Shown piece after piece: positions 13,679-26,010 of a DNA stretch of 64,000 nt. A program made the translations under genes and the position numbers. The notes under the pieces were generated by a model. It saw nothing but the letters and a program-made list of their open reading frames with translations. It did no database searches and was not told the DNA's origin. Where the stretch lies: NCBI RefSeq assembly GCF_006345805.1, contig NC_042998.1, positions 109,988,001-110,052,000 of the forward strand. Reading direction: 5' to 3'. Position 1 is the stretch's first letter; the number at the start of each line of letters is the position of its first letter. The stretch is from Octopus sinensis (lineage: Eukaryota).

Positions 13679-14269
13679 GAACACGAGGGAATAAACAGAG
13701 AGAGAATAAAAAAAGAGAAAACTTGTGGATTAATGGCGACGGAGTGGAAAAGGTAGTTGGATAGGAGAGCTAGGAAGAAGGGGAGATGATAAAGCACTGG
13801 TGATCTCAAAACGAAGATTCGCGTGCGTAGGTGTGAGAGTGTGTATGTAAGTGTGGATAGAGGCGTGTGGATGTGCGTAAGTGTATGCGTCTGTAACGTG
13901 TGGGTGTGTGGATGATGGTGTGGCTGCTGGGAAGTGGACAGTGCTAGTATGTGTGAAGTGGTGTGGGGTGGTGTGATGTGGGGTGGTGATGCGGTGGTGT
14001 GGTGGTGTGGTGATAAGAAGGTAGGGTGTGGGTAATGTTTGAAGATGTGGAGTGGGGTGAGGATGTGGTGGAGGAGCTACAGGTATAGGGGTAGGGGTGG
14101 GGTATGTGGGAGTGAGAAGTGGGTGTGGGTGTGAATGGAGGGGTTTTCAATGAAGGGAGAGCGTGAGTAGTAGTGAAAAGAGGAAGTGTCAGGACAAGAG
14201 AGGAGAGGAAAGGTGGCTAGGAGTGAAAAGATGGAGTAGGTGTCAGATAAAGAGAGGAGAGAGAAGTCA

Positions 14270-14610
14270 CATGTAGCACAAAGGAAGATTAATTCCTGTT
14301 CTCGGCGAAGGCGGGAGTGCGGATGGCCCTTATGCAAAGACAGTCTAAATATGACAGTTGTTGTAATGAATGACCGGTAGAGCGGAAATGGCGCGAGACC
14401 GGGGTGTCATTGCCTAGTCTAATATTTCAAAGGTGCTCTGCGAACCGGTCAGCCAAGCGGTGTCCCGTTTGCCCGATGTACAGAGAAGGGCAAAAAGAGC
14501 AGGTGATGCAATAAATGACGTTGCTAGAAGTGCCGGTAAAGGAGTCAGTGATATAAGGACGATGATGGGTGTCTGTGTAGATGGTGGTATTGTAGAGGTA
14601 GGGGCAACAT
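14270..14610 (-). pseudogene. GIY-YIG endonuclease remnant
   Basis: VIY...YIGQT...R..EH motif, CxxC, conserved REQELI glutamate; in-frame stop and frameshift. Confidence 0.88.
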
Positions 14611-14790
14611 GTCTAGCGGCATTTCCTCTGTCATATTCTGAGCTCAAATTCCACCGAGGTGGACTTTTGCTATTCATCCTTTCGGAAACAATAAAATACG
14701 TATCTATAGAGCACTGGCGTTGTTATAATCGACTTACTGGCCCCCTCGAACAAGTTGGCTATATGCCAAATTTTGAAACCAATATATATA
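14611..14790 (+). mobile_element. 5'-truncated type A SINE interrupting the Penelope-like element
   Basis: ttctgagctcaaattccaccgaggtggacttttgctattcatcctttcgg...ccaaattttgaaacc. Confidence 0.8.
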
Positions 14791-15368
14791 TGTACAAATA
14801 TAATATATATGAGGTGGATACAGATGAAAACGTATCAAGGGTAAGGAACAAGGCCGAGCAAGCAAGACTCTATTTTAACTCTTTGATGAAAAGAGAATGC
14901 GCTTTAACGTTCAGGTCGATAGAAGAATGAGACAAAAGTAAGAGAGAGAAATACATAATCATTTAGAAAGACATGCTGCTCTATGAGGGAAGTTAAGAAA
15001 GGAGGACAGAGCAGTTGTATATATGAAATTATGGGAGTGTATTCATATCTGGAAATCATAACTGAGTGGCTCAGTGTAGTGCTTTTATGCGTGTAGATGT
15101 GTGCAGTGGCGTAGATTAATGGGGTTGTGTGGTGATAGTGTGTGTGTGTAAGCGTTGGTTGGTGGTAAGAAAGCGTGTAAGCGACATGATAAGAGCGAAA
15201 AAGGAATATGAAAGAAAGCAAATAGTATAGTAAGACCAACGTGATGTGTGTGCATGTGTATGACAAAATTGCTTATAAATGGGAGTTCTTTTCACAAGGA
15301 GGGTCGGGGTAAACTAAACTTAAGAAGAGTAAAGAGAAAAAAACTATATAATTGTAGGCATATAGACA

Positions 15369-15436
<68 letters not shown>

Positions 15437-15442
15437 TATATG

Positions 15443-15527
<85 letters not shown>

Positions 15528-15530
15528 TAA

Positions 15531-15741
15531 AGTTAATCCAAAGAAGAAAGCACAAAAAACACAACAACGCGAAGACGTGGAACAAATATAATATTATTGG
15601 ACGCTCAGGAAAGAAGGAAAGAAGGAGGGTTTAACGTTTCGAGCGGAGCTCTTCGTCGGAAACATAGGGGAAGGAAAGATCCAGAGAAGGAAGACAGAGG
15701 AAAAAAAATCGCCAACGGTACACACGCGGTCACATTTTGAA
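15531..15741 (-). mobile_element. Short (TA)n-embedded element carrying a minimal hammerhead (Penelope terminal-repeat type)
   Basis: About 210 bp of non-repetitive sequence between two (TA)n tracts, with the hammerhead core at its centre. Confidence 0.7.
15629..15663 (-). ncRNA. Minimal hammerhead motif, U4C variant, GUU cleavage triplet
   Basis: gttt CCGACGA a gagc ucc gcuc GAAAC GUU aaac; perfect stems I and II; palindromic ACGU in place of stem III. Confidence 0.7.
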
Positions 15742-15759
15742 TATATATATATATATATC

Positions 15760-15790
<31 letters not shown>

Positions 15791-16199
15791 TATATATATT
15801 ATATATATATATATGTATATACACACACAAACTTAAGCATATTCGAACCCGTAAGAAAGCCATTCACTCTATTCTGTGGTGAGGAAAATTTCTCACTGTA
15901 GACAAATAGGTACAAACACAAATAAAGTGGTTAAAATTCAATTTTGACTAGTATTAGTTTCAAATTTTGGCACAAGGCGAACAATTTCAGACAGGAGGTA
16001 TAAGAGGTATATCTATTACATCGATTCCGGTATTCAATTGGTACTTTTGTATGAACCCACAAAAAGTGAGGCAAAGTTAAATTTTGCTAAATATTATGAC
16101 AACTTTTGTTGATCTATACGAAGAAAGCCGATGAAGCGGTGACCCAATATGGAATTAAATGCATAAGGACCCTAACATTACAAATTTATATATCTCGTT

Positions 16200-16830
16200 A
16201 GATAAAATTAAAATGTTAGTAAAAGAAATACAATCAGCAACGGCATTGTTTTCGATAAACATAAACAACTTGTGCAGTAAAACAACGCCATCTATGGAAC
16301 TTTTAATGTTGCCGAGTTAAATAAATGTTATCATATCAAACAAATACCCACTGTGAATATAATAAAGAGCACAAAAAACACAAGGCCACTTGAGCAAAGG
16401 AAACAAGAAAAGCACTCCCCATAAAGAAACATTTCCTTTAAAAATATAATTCGAAAGTGACAGAAGCATTATCAAAGGAAAATGCATGGAAAGCAATATC
16501 TGGTTAGTAAATTATTACCAATATGATTAGGCTGAATATCAAGATGAATTGTAGGCAATAATTACTTATAGGAACGGCAACATTAAGCTAAAAGTAGTAT
16601 ACATCAAGCGAATTACGGAAGCTCGAGAACAACTGTAATATCATTTGCAAATATAAATGGAATAAAACATCAGCAGCAAGCTAGGATTAAGCAACAATAG
16701 AAATAAAGAAGCATTAGTAAGTACAAAATAAACAACACAAAATATATCCGTACCAATATAAGCAACAAGAACAGCGACAACAATAAATATCTTCGTTAGG
16801 ATATGTTAATACCAGTGAGATAAACGAGTT
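16200..16830 (+). mobile_element. Very decayed R4/Dong-like LINE remnant
   Basis: A-rich strand bias; aaatgcatggaaagcaatatctggttag resembles the post-RT segment of the 18620-20300 copy. Confidence 0.35.
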
Positions 16831-18619
16831 CCTAATTTAAAGAGTTCTGATGAAAACAATAACAAGAACAATCAATAATAACATTACTTAGCCATTTTGT
16901 GACTTCAACCAACCAAACTTCTACAATTATGAGATGAGAGCACGAATTAGAGGAACTATAGGACCAAATAACGTTAAGTTATATTTCCCATTTATTCTGG
17001 TTCTTTCTTTTTAAATACGTCAATTTAAAATTTCTAAATAGTATGTACACACACACACACACACATACATACACACATACACACACACACAAACACACTC
17101 ACATACACACTCACACATGCATACAAACATACATGCAAACACACCTACCCATTATATATACATATATATACAAACAAACATACACTCATCATATGTGTAT
17201 ATATAATATATAACGGGTGTATGTGTTTATATGTATATATATATGTGTGCACATATATATATATATATATATATAATATATATATATATATATAATATAT
17301 ATATATATATACATGTGTGTATGCGTATTTCCATTCCCTTTCAGCCGGAGAAGCGCAATCTGAGATGGTAATTCTGATGATCGCCAGATGGAAATGTACT
17401 GGAAATATCTAAACTAAAACAAATGTCGGTTTTCGTCTTATATTTTGAGTTAAATCTAAATGAATTAAAAACAAACAGTACAAGCAAATATGAAATGAAT
17501 AAGAAAATAAAGTAATGCAATCTTTCTACAAACTCGGTCGATTGTTTATACATTGTTTTGAGAAAGTCAATTGTACACATACATTTGCTTCGTTCTCTCC
17601 ACCCCACCTGCGTCCTCTGTCTTTTCTTCGTTCCTTCTTTTATTTTGCTATATATTCACCTCTTTGTGAGGATTTTGATTTTGATTGAAAGAACAACATT
17701 AGACAAAAAAAGGAAAATAATAATAACAGAAACTGAAATAATATCTAATCATTTAAAGAAGTAAATTCAAATACTTTAAAAATGTAAAGAAATTTCTGGA
17801 ATGGGAGAAAAGAAAAAAACAGAATATCGATTATTTATTGATTAACAGAACTTTGGCATTTATTTTGTAATCATCATGTCCAGGGTTGTAGTAAGATTCA
17901 CTCTCGGAAAGAAGCCAAATTCACATAGTTCAGATTTCAAACTCTACCCGCACACCTTCCCTCATCCTTTCAAAACAGGTAGATAGATAATTTATCCAGA
18001 CTATATTCATCTCTTGCTATGTTCTTCTGTTGAAATATCGATATTCAACAATCTTTAACCATTAGTTGTATGTTGCAGCTGTGATCAGTTTAATTTTTCT
18101 GCTCTGTTGAGCAGAAATTTACCCCAGTTTGACATAATCGCTACCCTAAATGCACCATATTGTCTCCGAATAAATAATGTGTTGTCGAATATCTGAACAG
18201 TGGGAGTGGAGATGATAGTTGAACATTGAGATGGGGAAGGGAGTAGCTATTTTCTTCTATTTTGTTCCATATGTAGTTAAACCAGTGCATATATAGTTGA
18301 GAATAATCACATGATTAATGTGGTTGTTTTCGTATATATTAGAAAAATAAATTGTATTATTGGTACTGCCAATAGTGGTTGTTGTAGTAGCAGTCGTTGT
18401 GTTAGTGTCTATAATAATGATTTCTTATATTGCCACAAAACTACAGTCTTCCAAAATATATAATGGGCAGCATCGCTAGATTAAAAACTAGTTTATCGAG
18501 CTTTGAAGGATTACAAAGCGAAGAAAAATGGTTGTGCGGCTCAAACTAAAAAAAATACATATATGTACGTAACTTAATGCCAGACATTTCTCTTTCTGAA
18601 ATGAATCATGACATGGGAA

Positions 18620-20300
18620 TAAAATAATAATAATCATCTGACCCCGCTAACAAGCTTGTTAAACGAAACCACCATAGGTTATAGGTGCTACGGACAAAAA
18701 GTAAACAATCTCCTGTACATGGATGATGTAAAACTTTACGCTAAAAGCACCATGGAACAGAGAAACCTTATGAAAATTGTTCAGACTTTCAGCAATGACA
18801 TCGGAATGAGCATAGAACTGGACAAATGTGCTAGGATCACACTGAGAAGAGGCAAATTATTTAGCACTGAAAACACTGCAATCGACATAGACACAGATAT
18901 TAGAGAATTAGACCACAACCGCCCATACAAATATTTAGGAACAAATGAAACAGCTAAAATACAACACACGGAAATGAAAGGAGAACATTACAGAAGAGTT
19001 AGATTAATATTAAACACTGAACGTAATGCTAAGAATAAGATAATTGAGATAAACACGCTAACCATACCAGTCATAAATTACAACTTTAACATAATATACT
19101 GGAAGATCAGTGGATTGAGAAACCTTGATAGGAAACCCAGAAAACTACTAACAGCGTACCGAAGTCACCACTCAAAAAGCAAATGTTAACAGAATATATC
19201 TATCCCGCTCAGAAGGAAGCCGTGGTCTGATACAGATATAAAACTACTATAAAATAACAGCAGTTGGTCTAGCAAAATTCGTAGAAACAAAGAGGGGAAG
19301 ACTACTGCATGTCGCAAAGCAACATGAAAAGAAAAAAACGCTTTTCTCTATACAGAAGGATGCGACAAAATACAAAACAGAAGCAAACTACACAGACACA
19401 CTGACCTCAGATGACAACATAAGCAGAAATGGTCAGAGAGACAAAAAACATGAATACTGAATTACAAAAGATACTGAAGAAGTATCTTTTGTAATGGAGA
19501 GAAAAATCACTTCATGGCCAGTATCCTGAAAGTCTTGACAGGGAGGAAGTGAGTTTAAGTAAAAACCAACAATGGCTCAAAAGCTCTAGACTAAAAGCTG
19601 AAATGGAAGGACTACAAACAATTATAAAATGCTTGACTACAAATGCTTGACTACAAACAATTATAAAAACAAATCAATGAAAACGGGCCTCAACACGAAA
19701 TGCAGAATGTGCAACCAACACAATGAGACAGTTGACCAAATCATCTCGGGCTGCACGGTCATTTCCAACTCAGAATATGCATAAAGACACGACAAAGTAA
19801 GCAGTTATATCCACTGAACATTATGCCAACATTACAGCATCAAAACCGAGAGCGGGTGGTATAAGCATGAGCCAAGAAAGATACAAGACAATTATCATAT
19901 CAAGCCACAATCATCTGGGATATGCCGGTTCAAACCGACAAAGAAATAAAAGCCACTCTCCCAGGCATAACAGTCAAGGATTGGGTGGGAGGAAATAACT
20001 GCTTATTGATAGACATTGATCCAAATATTGTCAAAAAAGAAGTGGCGAAATTATCTAAGTATAAAGACCTCGAAATTGAAAATGTGGAGCATGAAGGTAA
20101 ATACAATACCAATAATAATTGATAAAAAATCCTATGAATAAAAATTCATATGAACAAAAATGTCGAAGCTATACCTGGATCCCCAACATTACACATTGTC
20201 CAAAAAATAGTCCTGCTAGGAACAGCCCACATCCAATATTAGACTTTAGCAATCTAATAATACAACTTAAACAAAACAACACACAAATACGACATATACA
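18620..20300 (+). mobile_element. 5'-truncated R4/Dong-like LINE (RT C-terminus, CCHC finger, restriction-like endonuclease)
   Basis: ORF 18656-19189 NNLLYMDDVKLYAKS...GMSIELDKCA...YKYLG; CRMCNQHNETVDQIISGC at about 19700; IIWDMPVQTDKEIKA..P.I.V....CLLID...KLSKYKDLEIE at 19910-20090. Confidence 0.88.
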
Positions 20301-20600
20301 GCATTACTTAGTGAAATAAAGACCCACCAGCAAACCAAGAAACAAAAGCATTACACACTCAACACACAGTACAAACAGCAACACAGCAATAGACAGCACC
20401 GCACTTCAAGGAGAAAAAAAAAGCTAACATAATATAGTACCAGGAAGAGTTCGCATACTCCCAACAGTAGAAAAAAACACACAATGCTGCACACACCCCA
20501 GCAACTCTGAGGTATAACTGGTGATGAAGAAGAAATTTGCCTCAATCTACCAAATATTGAACAGTTATATTATAATAATGGTAAAAATAATAATGATAAT

Positions 20601-20813
20601 CTTTTCTACTATAGGCACAAGGCCTGAAATTTTGGAGGTGGATCTACTCGATCACATCGATCCCAGTACTTGACTGGTAATTAATTCATCGACTTTGAAG
20701 CGATAAAAGGCGAAGTCGACCTAGGCGGAATTTGAACTCAAAACGTAGCGACAGGCGAATTAGCGCTAGGTACTTTGTCCAGCGTGATAACGATTCTGTC
20801 ATCTCGTTGCCTT
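20601..20813 (-). mobile_element. tRNA-derived SINE, type A
   Basis: ggcacaaggcctgaaatttt...aaaggcgaagtcgacctaggcggaatttgaactcaaaacgt. Confidence 0.87.
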
Positions 20814-20814
20814 A

Positions 20815-20842
20815 ATAAATAATAATAATAATAATAATAATG

Positions 20843-20888
<46 letters not shown>

Positions 20889-20944
20889 TAATAATGATAA
20901 TAATAAAAAGGATAATAATAATAATGATGATGATGATAATAATG

Positions 20945-20992
<48 letters not shown>

Positions 20993-21062
20993 TTAATGAT
21001 AATAATAATAATGATAATAATAATAATAATGGTAATAATAATAATAATAAAAATAATAATAA
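20815..21062. repeat. (AAT)n/(GAT)n microsatellite
   Basis: Read directly from sequence; source of the poly-I and poly-L ORFs. Confidence 0.97.
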
Positions 21063-21069
21063 TTGATTC

Positions 21070-21900
21070 AAATTTGAAGGCTAGAAACATAATTTCTGCA
21101 ATAAAACTCGTAGCGCAGTTGCAGATGTCTAACCCAAAGTGAGGAAATCTTGCTAGAGTCAGTTTAGACCTGGAGGCATACTGAAAGCAGGAAAACAGAA
21201 AAAAAGAAACAAGAACTATCAGAAGTACGCGACGAAGCACTACTCAACAAGGGATTATACAATTCAATATAGCTATAACTGAAGTTGTTAGAGAACATGG
21301 ATGGGACTAGAAAAAGGAAGGAACACTTAGAAATGTGATAGGGAGCGCTATACTTGCAGCGAAAGACCAAGCTTTGGCCAGAAATTGGAAGGCCAGCAGT
21401 ATAAATGAGAAAGTGCTACAATTGTGCCGAATTTGCAATGGATTTAACGAAACCATTGCTGATATTGTGAATGGATGTCCTCAACTTGCTCAAAACCAAT
21501 AAGTTGTGTCGACATGCTGAGGAAGGAAAAAGTGCTGCATTGGAAAATGTGTGGGGGTTAGAGGGAGGCAAGATATGGTACGAACACAAACCACAGACCT
21601 GCTGTTGGTAGGCAAGGCAAACCACATGTGCTCTATAATCGATGTTGCATTTCCATTTGATCCACGAACAAGTAAGAAGGAAGCCGAAAATGTAGACTGT
21701 AAAATCCTCATAAAAACATGATAGTCTGACTTTGGAAGATGAAGAATGTGAATAGTGCACTGATAATTGTTAAGAACAGTATCAAAATGTACGGAGAGGA
21801 ATATAAGAAGAATTGGGAATAGTATGCCAGGTAGAGTAGTTGTAAACCTACCCTTTCGCACGGCCAGAATCATCAGGGAAGTATCAGATAATTGAAGAAA
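21070..21900 (+). mobile_element. Decayed R4/Dong-like LINE 3' fragment (different subfamily)
   Basis: ILAAKDQALA, CRICNGFNETIADIVNGCPQLAQ, WYEHKP, IIDVAFPFD motifs across broken frames; follows (AAT)n. Confidence 0.75.
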
Positions 21901-22147
21901 ACAAATAGAAAGGTACCAGGCTGCAAATAGCAAGCCCGCTGCTCATGCAAGGTTAGAAAGGAGAGGGCTGCCTGGGTCATCAATGCCCTGGATTAACTAT
22001 AAGAATGCGACAAAAACCTCCAATAGAATAAGTACCTAAGTACCAAAGTTTAAAAAGTTAGATTTGTGCTGGTACCAATTTGTTCAACTAAACATCCTAG
22101 AACACCATGTCTCAGAGCAGCCACAGCCCATTTGTTGAAACAAAAGA

Positions 22148-22188
<41 letters not shown>

Positions 22189-22501
22189 GTCGATTTTTAG
22201 TGCTCTCAAATTTAAATTAACGAAATTTTGGGCTGATGACAGGAATGTTTGAATAGGTATGTATTTCTAGCATCCCTATATCTAACTAACCCAGAAACGG
22301 CGTTCTTAAGTAATCAATTTACGAGTGATCTTTCGTTATTTTTCCCTCTATGCCTACGTGAATTGTGTTTTTTTTTTAGTATACATTGTCTGGGAGACTC
22401 TTCTTATAGTAGAGGAAATAGCTAAATTCTTTGGCTGCTATTTCTAATAGTTCGGTGTGTGTTAAAGTAAATTATTTTTGCGGAACCCTAATTATATAAA
22501 G

Positions 22502-22591
<90 letters not shown>

Positions 22592-24320
22592 CGGACATTA
22601 CGTACGGCTTTATCGCAGCACGTCCAGGCCTTGTTTCTTTTGCACTATGCCATATAGCAGCCCCCTCCCCTACTCATATATGTACATAGTACTTCTTTCT
22701 ACATATCTTCCTTCTTCCGTAAGCCTTAATTGATGCCTCTCGTCATTTGATTTTGCTTTTTTCTCTAGTTTTGGCGTAATTATATTGCCTTTCTTCCATC
22801 ATGTTCTTTCCTATCTTCCTCTTAGTGCGAGTGCATTTTCCCCATCGGAGATTGAATATATTGCTAACTGGATGTAAGCAGCATACCACAAACTACGCAT
22901 CTATACTTGTAACAATTTTAAGAAACAATCAGCAGACCATCCTTGTTCTCTTTCAGTTTTAAGAGTTTTATTTGTCATGATTTGCTTTTTACCTACCGAA
23001 CTATGTCAGTTTCACTGTACGGACCTACCTTATAACTATTCCTGAGTATACCAGCATATATCGCAACCATTATCAACATTTATCAATGGAACTTTTATGA
23101 TCTCTTGTGATTTAAATTCCGTAAAGCATTCGTTTCTTACATTATGTGTTGTATTAATATATAAATTGCCTGATACCAGTTGTTTGACTTGCATTCATTT
23201 TATTCGATCACATACACACACACACACACATGCTTACTCACACACACATGCAAACGCACACACACACATACACACACACACACACACACAAACGCAAGCA
23301 CATCCCTCCGCAGACAAGCATGAAGATATTCAACTATTAATGTACATATTGACATGATGAAATACGTTCGGGAAGTGCGAATCGTCGTCCTCATCATCAG
23401 ATATTAAATCTGTTTTGGAAATGCTACATTGAAATCTAATACAGAGAGCACATATGTCAAGAAAAGATGGATATGGCACATTCAGATTTATGTGCATAAA
23501 CTGTGAAATGTAAAGTGAATTACTAAGTATGAAACACACATTGGATAATATTCTCTTTACTTAGCACTATTATCATTAATGCTGACGTTGTAACTTTATT
23601 ATCTGTAGAATGACCATCTAAAATATATAATAAATAGAACACCTGTGAACAACCAAGTGGAAATTGCAAATCATACACATGAATTTAAAGTTCTCCTTTT
23701 TCATGATTATACTTGAAGCAATTGGATATCTGACAAAATACCTGAACATCAATCTTGAAGAATTGAATATAACAAAAACAAAAGGTCGTGGAATGGTTCA
23801 CAGTAAGTATGGAAACAATTGGTTGTGCATCTAAAAGCCTGAAATGCAATCAATAAAATTAGAATTTGGCATATATAGAACCGAATCGTTTGCTTAGCAA
23901 GTTACAAACTAAATATATCAATGGGATCTACATTCTGTGATTCTAAACTTAACTTTGTAATTAATTTCAATTGTTGCTAGGCAAAATAAGAAGAATGCCT
24001 GATAATGGAATTAGTGAATAGATCTTAACTTTGCATTTTGAAAAAGAAATCCTTAGGGCGAAGTTTAAATCCAATTTTTTTGGTGCTTTGTGGTAGAATT
24101 ACACAAAGATCATAAGGAAGACAAAAAAATAGAAAACCGCGGGTTCCAGACCATTTCAAGACTACAGACATTCGAAAACTATATAAGCGAATTGAGCTGT
24201 TTAGGTACAGCAGGAAACTGTAATTCTTCCACCATAAACACAGAGTGCCGACTTCGTGTCTGTTTTCTTTCCGGAGTAACACAATAAATACAAATAACAA
24301 TATTAGACTTACTCAACAAA

Positions 24321-25080
24321 GAGACGAGCTGGCAGAAACGATAGCACGCCGGGAGAAATGTTTAGCGGTATATCGTCTGCCGTTACGTTCTGAGTTCAAA
24401 TTCCACCGAGGTCGACTTTGCCTTTTATCCTTTCGGGGTCGATAAATTAAGTACCAGTTACGCACTGGGGTCGATATAATCGATCGACATAATCCGTCTG
24501 TCCTTGTTTCTCTCCTCTGTGTTTAGTCCCTTGTGGGTAGTAAAGAAATAGGTATGTCGTTTGCCGCTACGTTCTGAGTTCAAATTCCGCCAAGATCGAC
24601 TTTGCCTTTCAACCTTTCGGGGTCGATAAATTAAGTACCAGTTACTCACTGGGATCGATGTAATCGACTTAATCCGTTTTTCTGTCCTTGTTTGTCCCCC
24701 CTGTGTTTAGCCCCTTGTAAAGAAATAGATATGTCGTCTGCCGCTACGTTCTGAGTTCAAATTTTGCCGAGGTCGACTTTGTCTTTCATCCTTTCGGGGT
24801 CGACTAAATAAGTACCAGATACGCACTGGGGTCGATATAATCGACTTAATCCGTTTGTCTGTCCTTGTTTGTTCCCTCTGTGTTTAGCCCCTTGTGGGTA
24901 GTAAAGAAATAGATATTTCGTCTTTATTTACGTTGTAAGTTCAAATTCCGCCGAGGTCGACTTTGCTTTTCATCCTTTTGGAGTCGATAAATTAAGCACC
25001 AGTTGCGTACTGGGGTCGATCTCAACGACTGGCTCCCTCCACAAAAATGTCGGGCCTTGTTCCTAGAGTACAAGAGAATT
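24321..25080 (+). repeat. Head-to-tail tandem array of four type A SINE units (period about 180 bp)
   Basis: Units start at about 24321, 24552, 24729 and 24913; only the first has the full tRNA-like head; units 1-3 share one tail and unit 4 has another. Confidence 0.92.
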
Positions 25081-25639
25081 TTCCCGTTAACACATCTATA
25101 TAAATATGGATACTTTGAGAGTTACTATAATATAGTTTTCCAGTATAGTGGAATTCTGTCAGTGGATCATACCGAACATCGGCCAACCGTATCGAGCGCT
25201 GTATTTGTAATAATATAAATTTTAACAAGAATAATTTATATATGAACCTTATAAAAGGATGTTTCCCCCAGTACTGGTTATTTGATAGAATTTGAAATAA
25301 ATTAATTCTGATTCAGAAACTAGTTTACTTACATGGCTCCACTTACTACGTTCAGATATAGTTGCATGATCTAAGTTATTTTTTAAACGAAACTGAATGG
25401 AAAACATATACAATTAAGTAGACTGTATTGTAATTGTTCCATGAGATGATGCTTCAGTTTCTATACAGATATGATTTTTGTTACTTCATTTTCTTGTTCT
25501 TACTTTAAAAAGTTATCGATAGACGTATCGTCGACTTCTTGTTCTGCTAATACTAAATGTTGCTGATATCCAGTGTTAACATCGATATTATTATACTTAT
25601 TGGTCACTGTAATATTACTGTAGCAGTTAATACTATCGG

Positions 25640-26010
25640 CAGCATACTACTGACAGAAACGTTAAGAAATTTGATCTGAGTTCAAATCCCGCCACAGTCA
25701 ACTTTGATTTTTAACCTGCCGCGGTTGATAACATAATATACTAGGTAAATACTAGGTTCCATGCCATCGCCTTGTGCTCTAGTCTCAAAATGGCTCATCT
25801 TGTGCTAAAATTGGAAAGTAAAGTGTTGAATTAACAGAATCATTTTCCAACGTTCTAATGATTCGGTCAATTCAACACTTTACTTTCGGTTATGTTTCTG
25901 GCTATTTACATTCTGAGTTCAATTACTGCCGCTGTCAACTTTGCTTTTCATCCTGTCCAGGTCGGTAAAATAAAGTACCCGACCAGCACTACAGTCGATG
26001 ATATCAACCA
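25640..26010 (+). mobile_element. Two degenerate type A SINE fragments separated by a fold-back hairpin
   Basis: ctgagttcaaatcccgccacagtcaactttg (about 25675) and ctgagttcaattactgccgctgtcaactttgc (about 25913). Confidence 0.65.
25814..25887. repeat. 74-nt hairpin: 19-bp perfect outer stem plus about 12-bp imperfect inner stem
   Basis: gaaagtaaagtgttgaatt ... aattcaacactttactttc; inner gaatcatt/aatgattc. Confidence 0.9.

Larger units (their letters stand above)
13555..14610 (-). mobile_element. Penelope-like element, 3' part: GIY-YIG endonuclease, 3' UTR and terminal repeat with hammerhead
   Basis: Minus-strand translation TSSNVIYCITCSFCPSLYIGQTGHRLADRFAEHL*NIRLGNDTPVSRHFRSTGH...HKGHPHSRLRREQELIF; 5' side cut by a SINE at 14611. 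Confidence 0.88.

Noticed and set aside
14433-14930. 165-aa plus-strand ORF
   Set aside because: Antisense shadow of the GIY-YIG remnant read through into a SINE
17374-17398. CTGATGA...GAAATGTA hammerhead-like spacing
   Set aside because: No stem I complementarity and only a 2-bp stem II
24321-25080. Regular roughly 180-bp periodicity as a CRISPR array
   Set aside because: Whole units repeat with no unique spacers; eukaryotic SINE sequence; no cas genes
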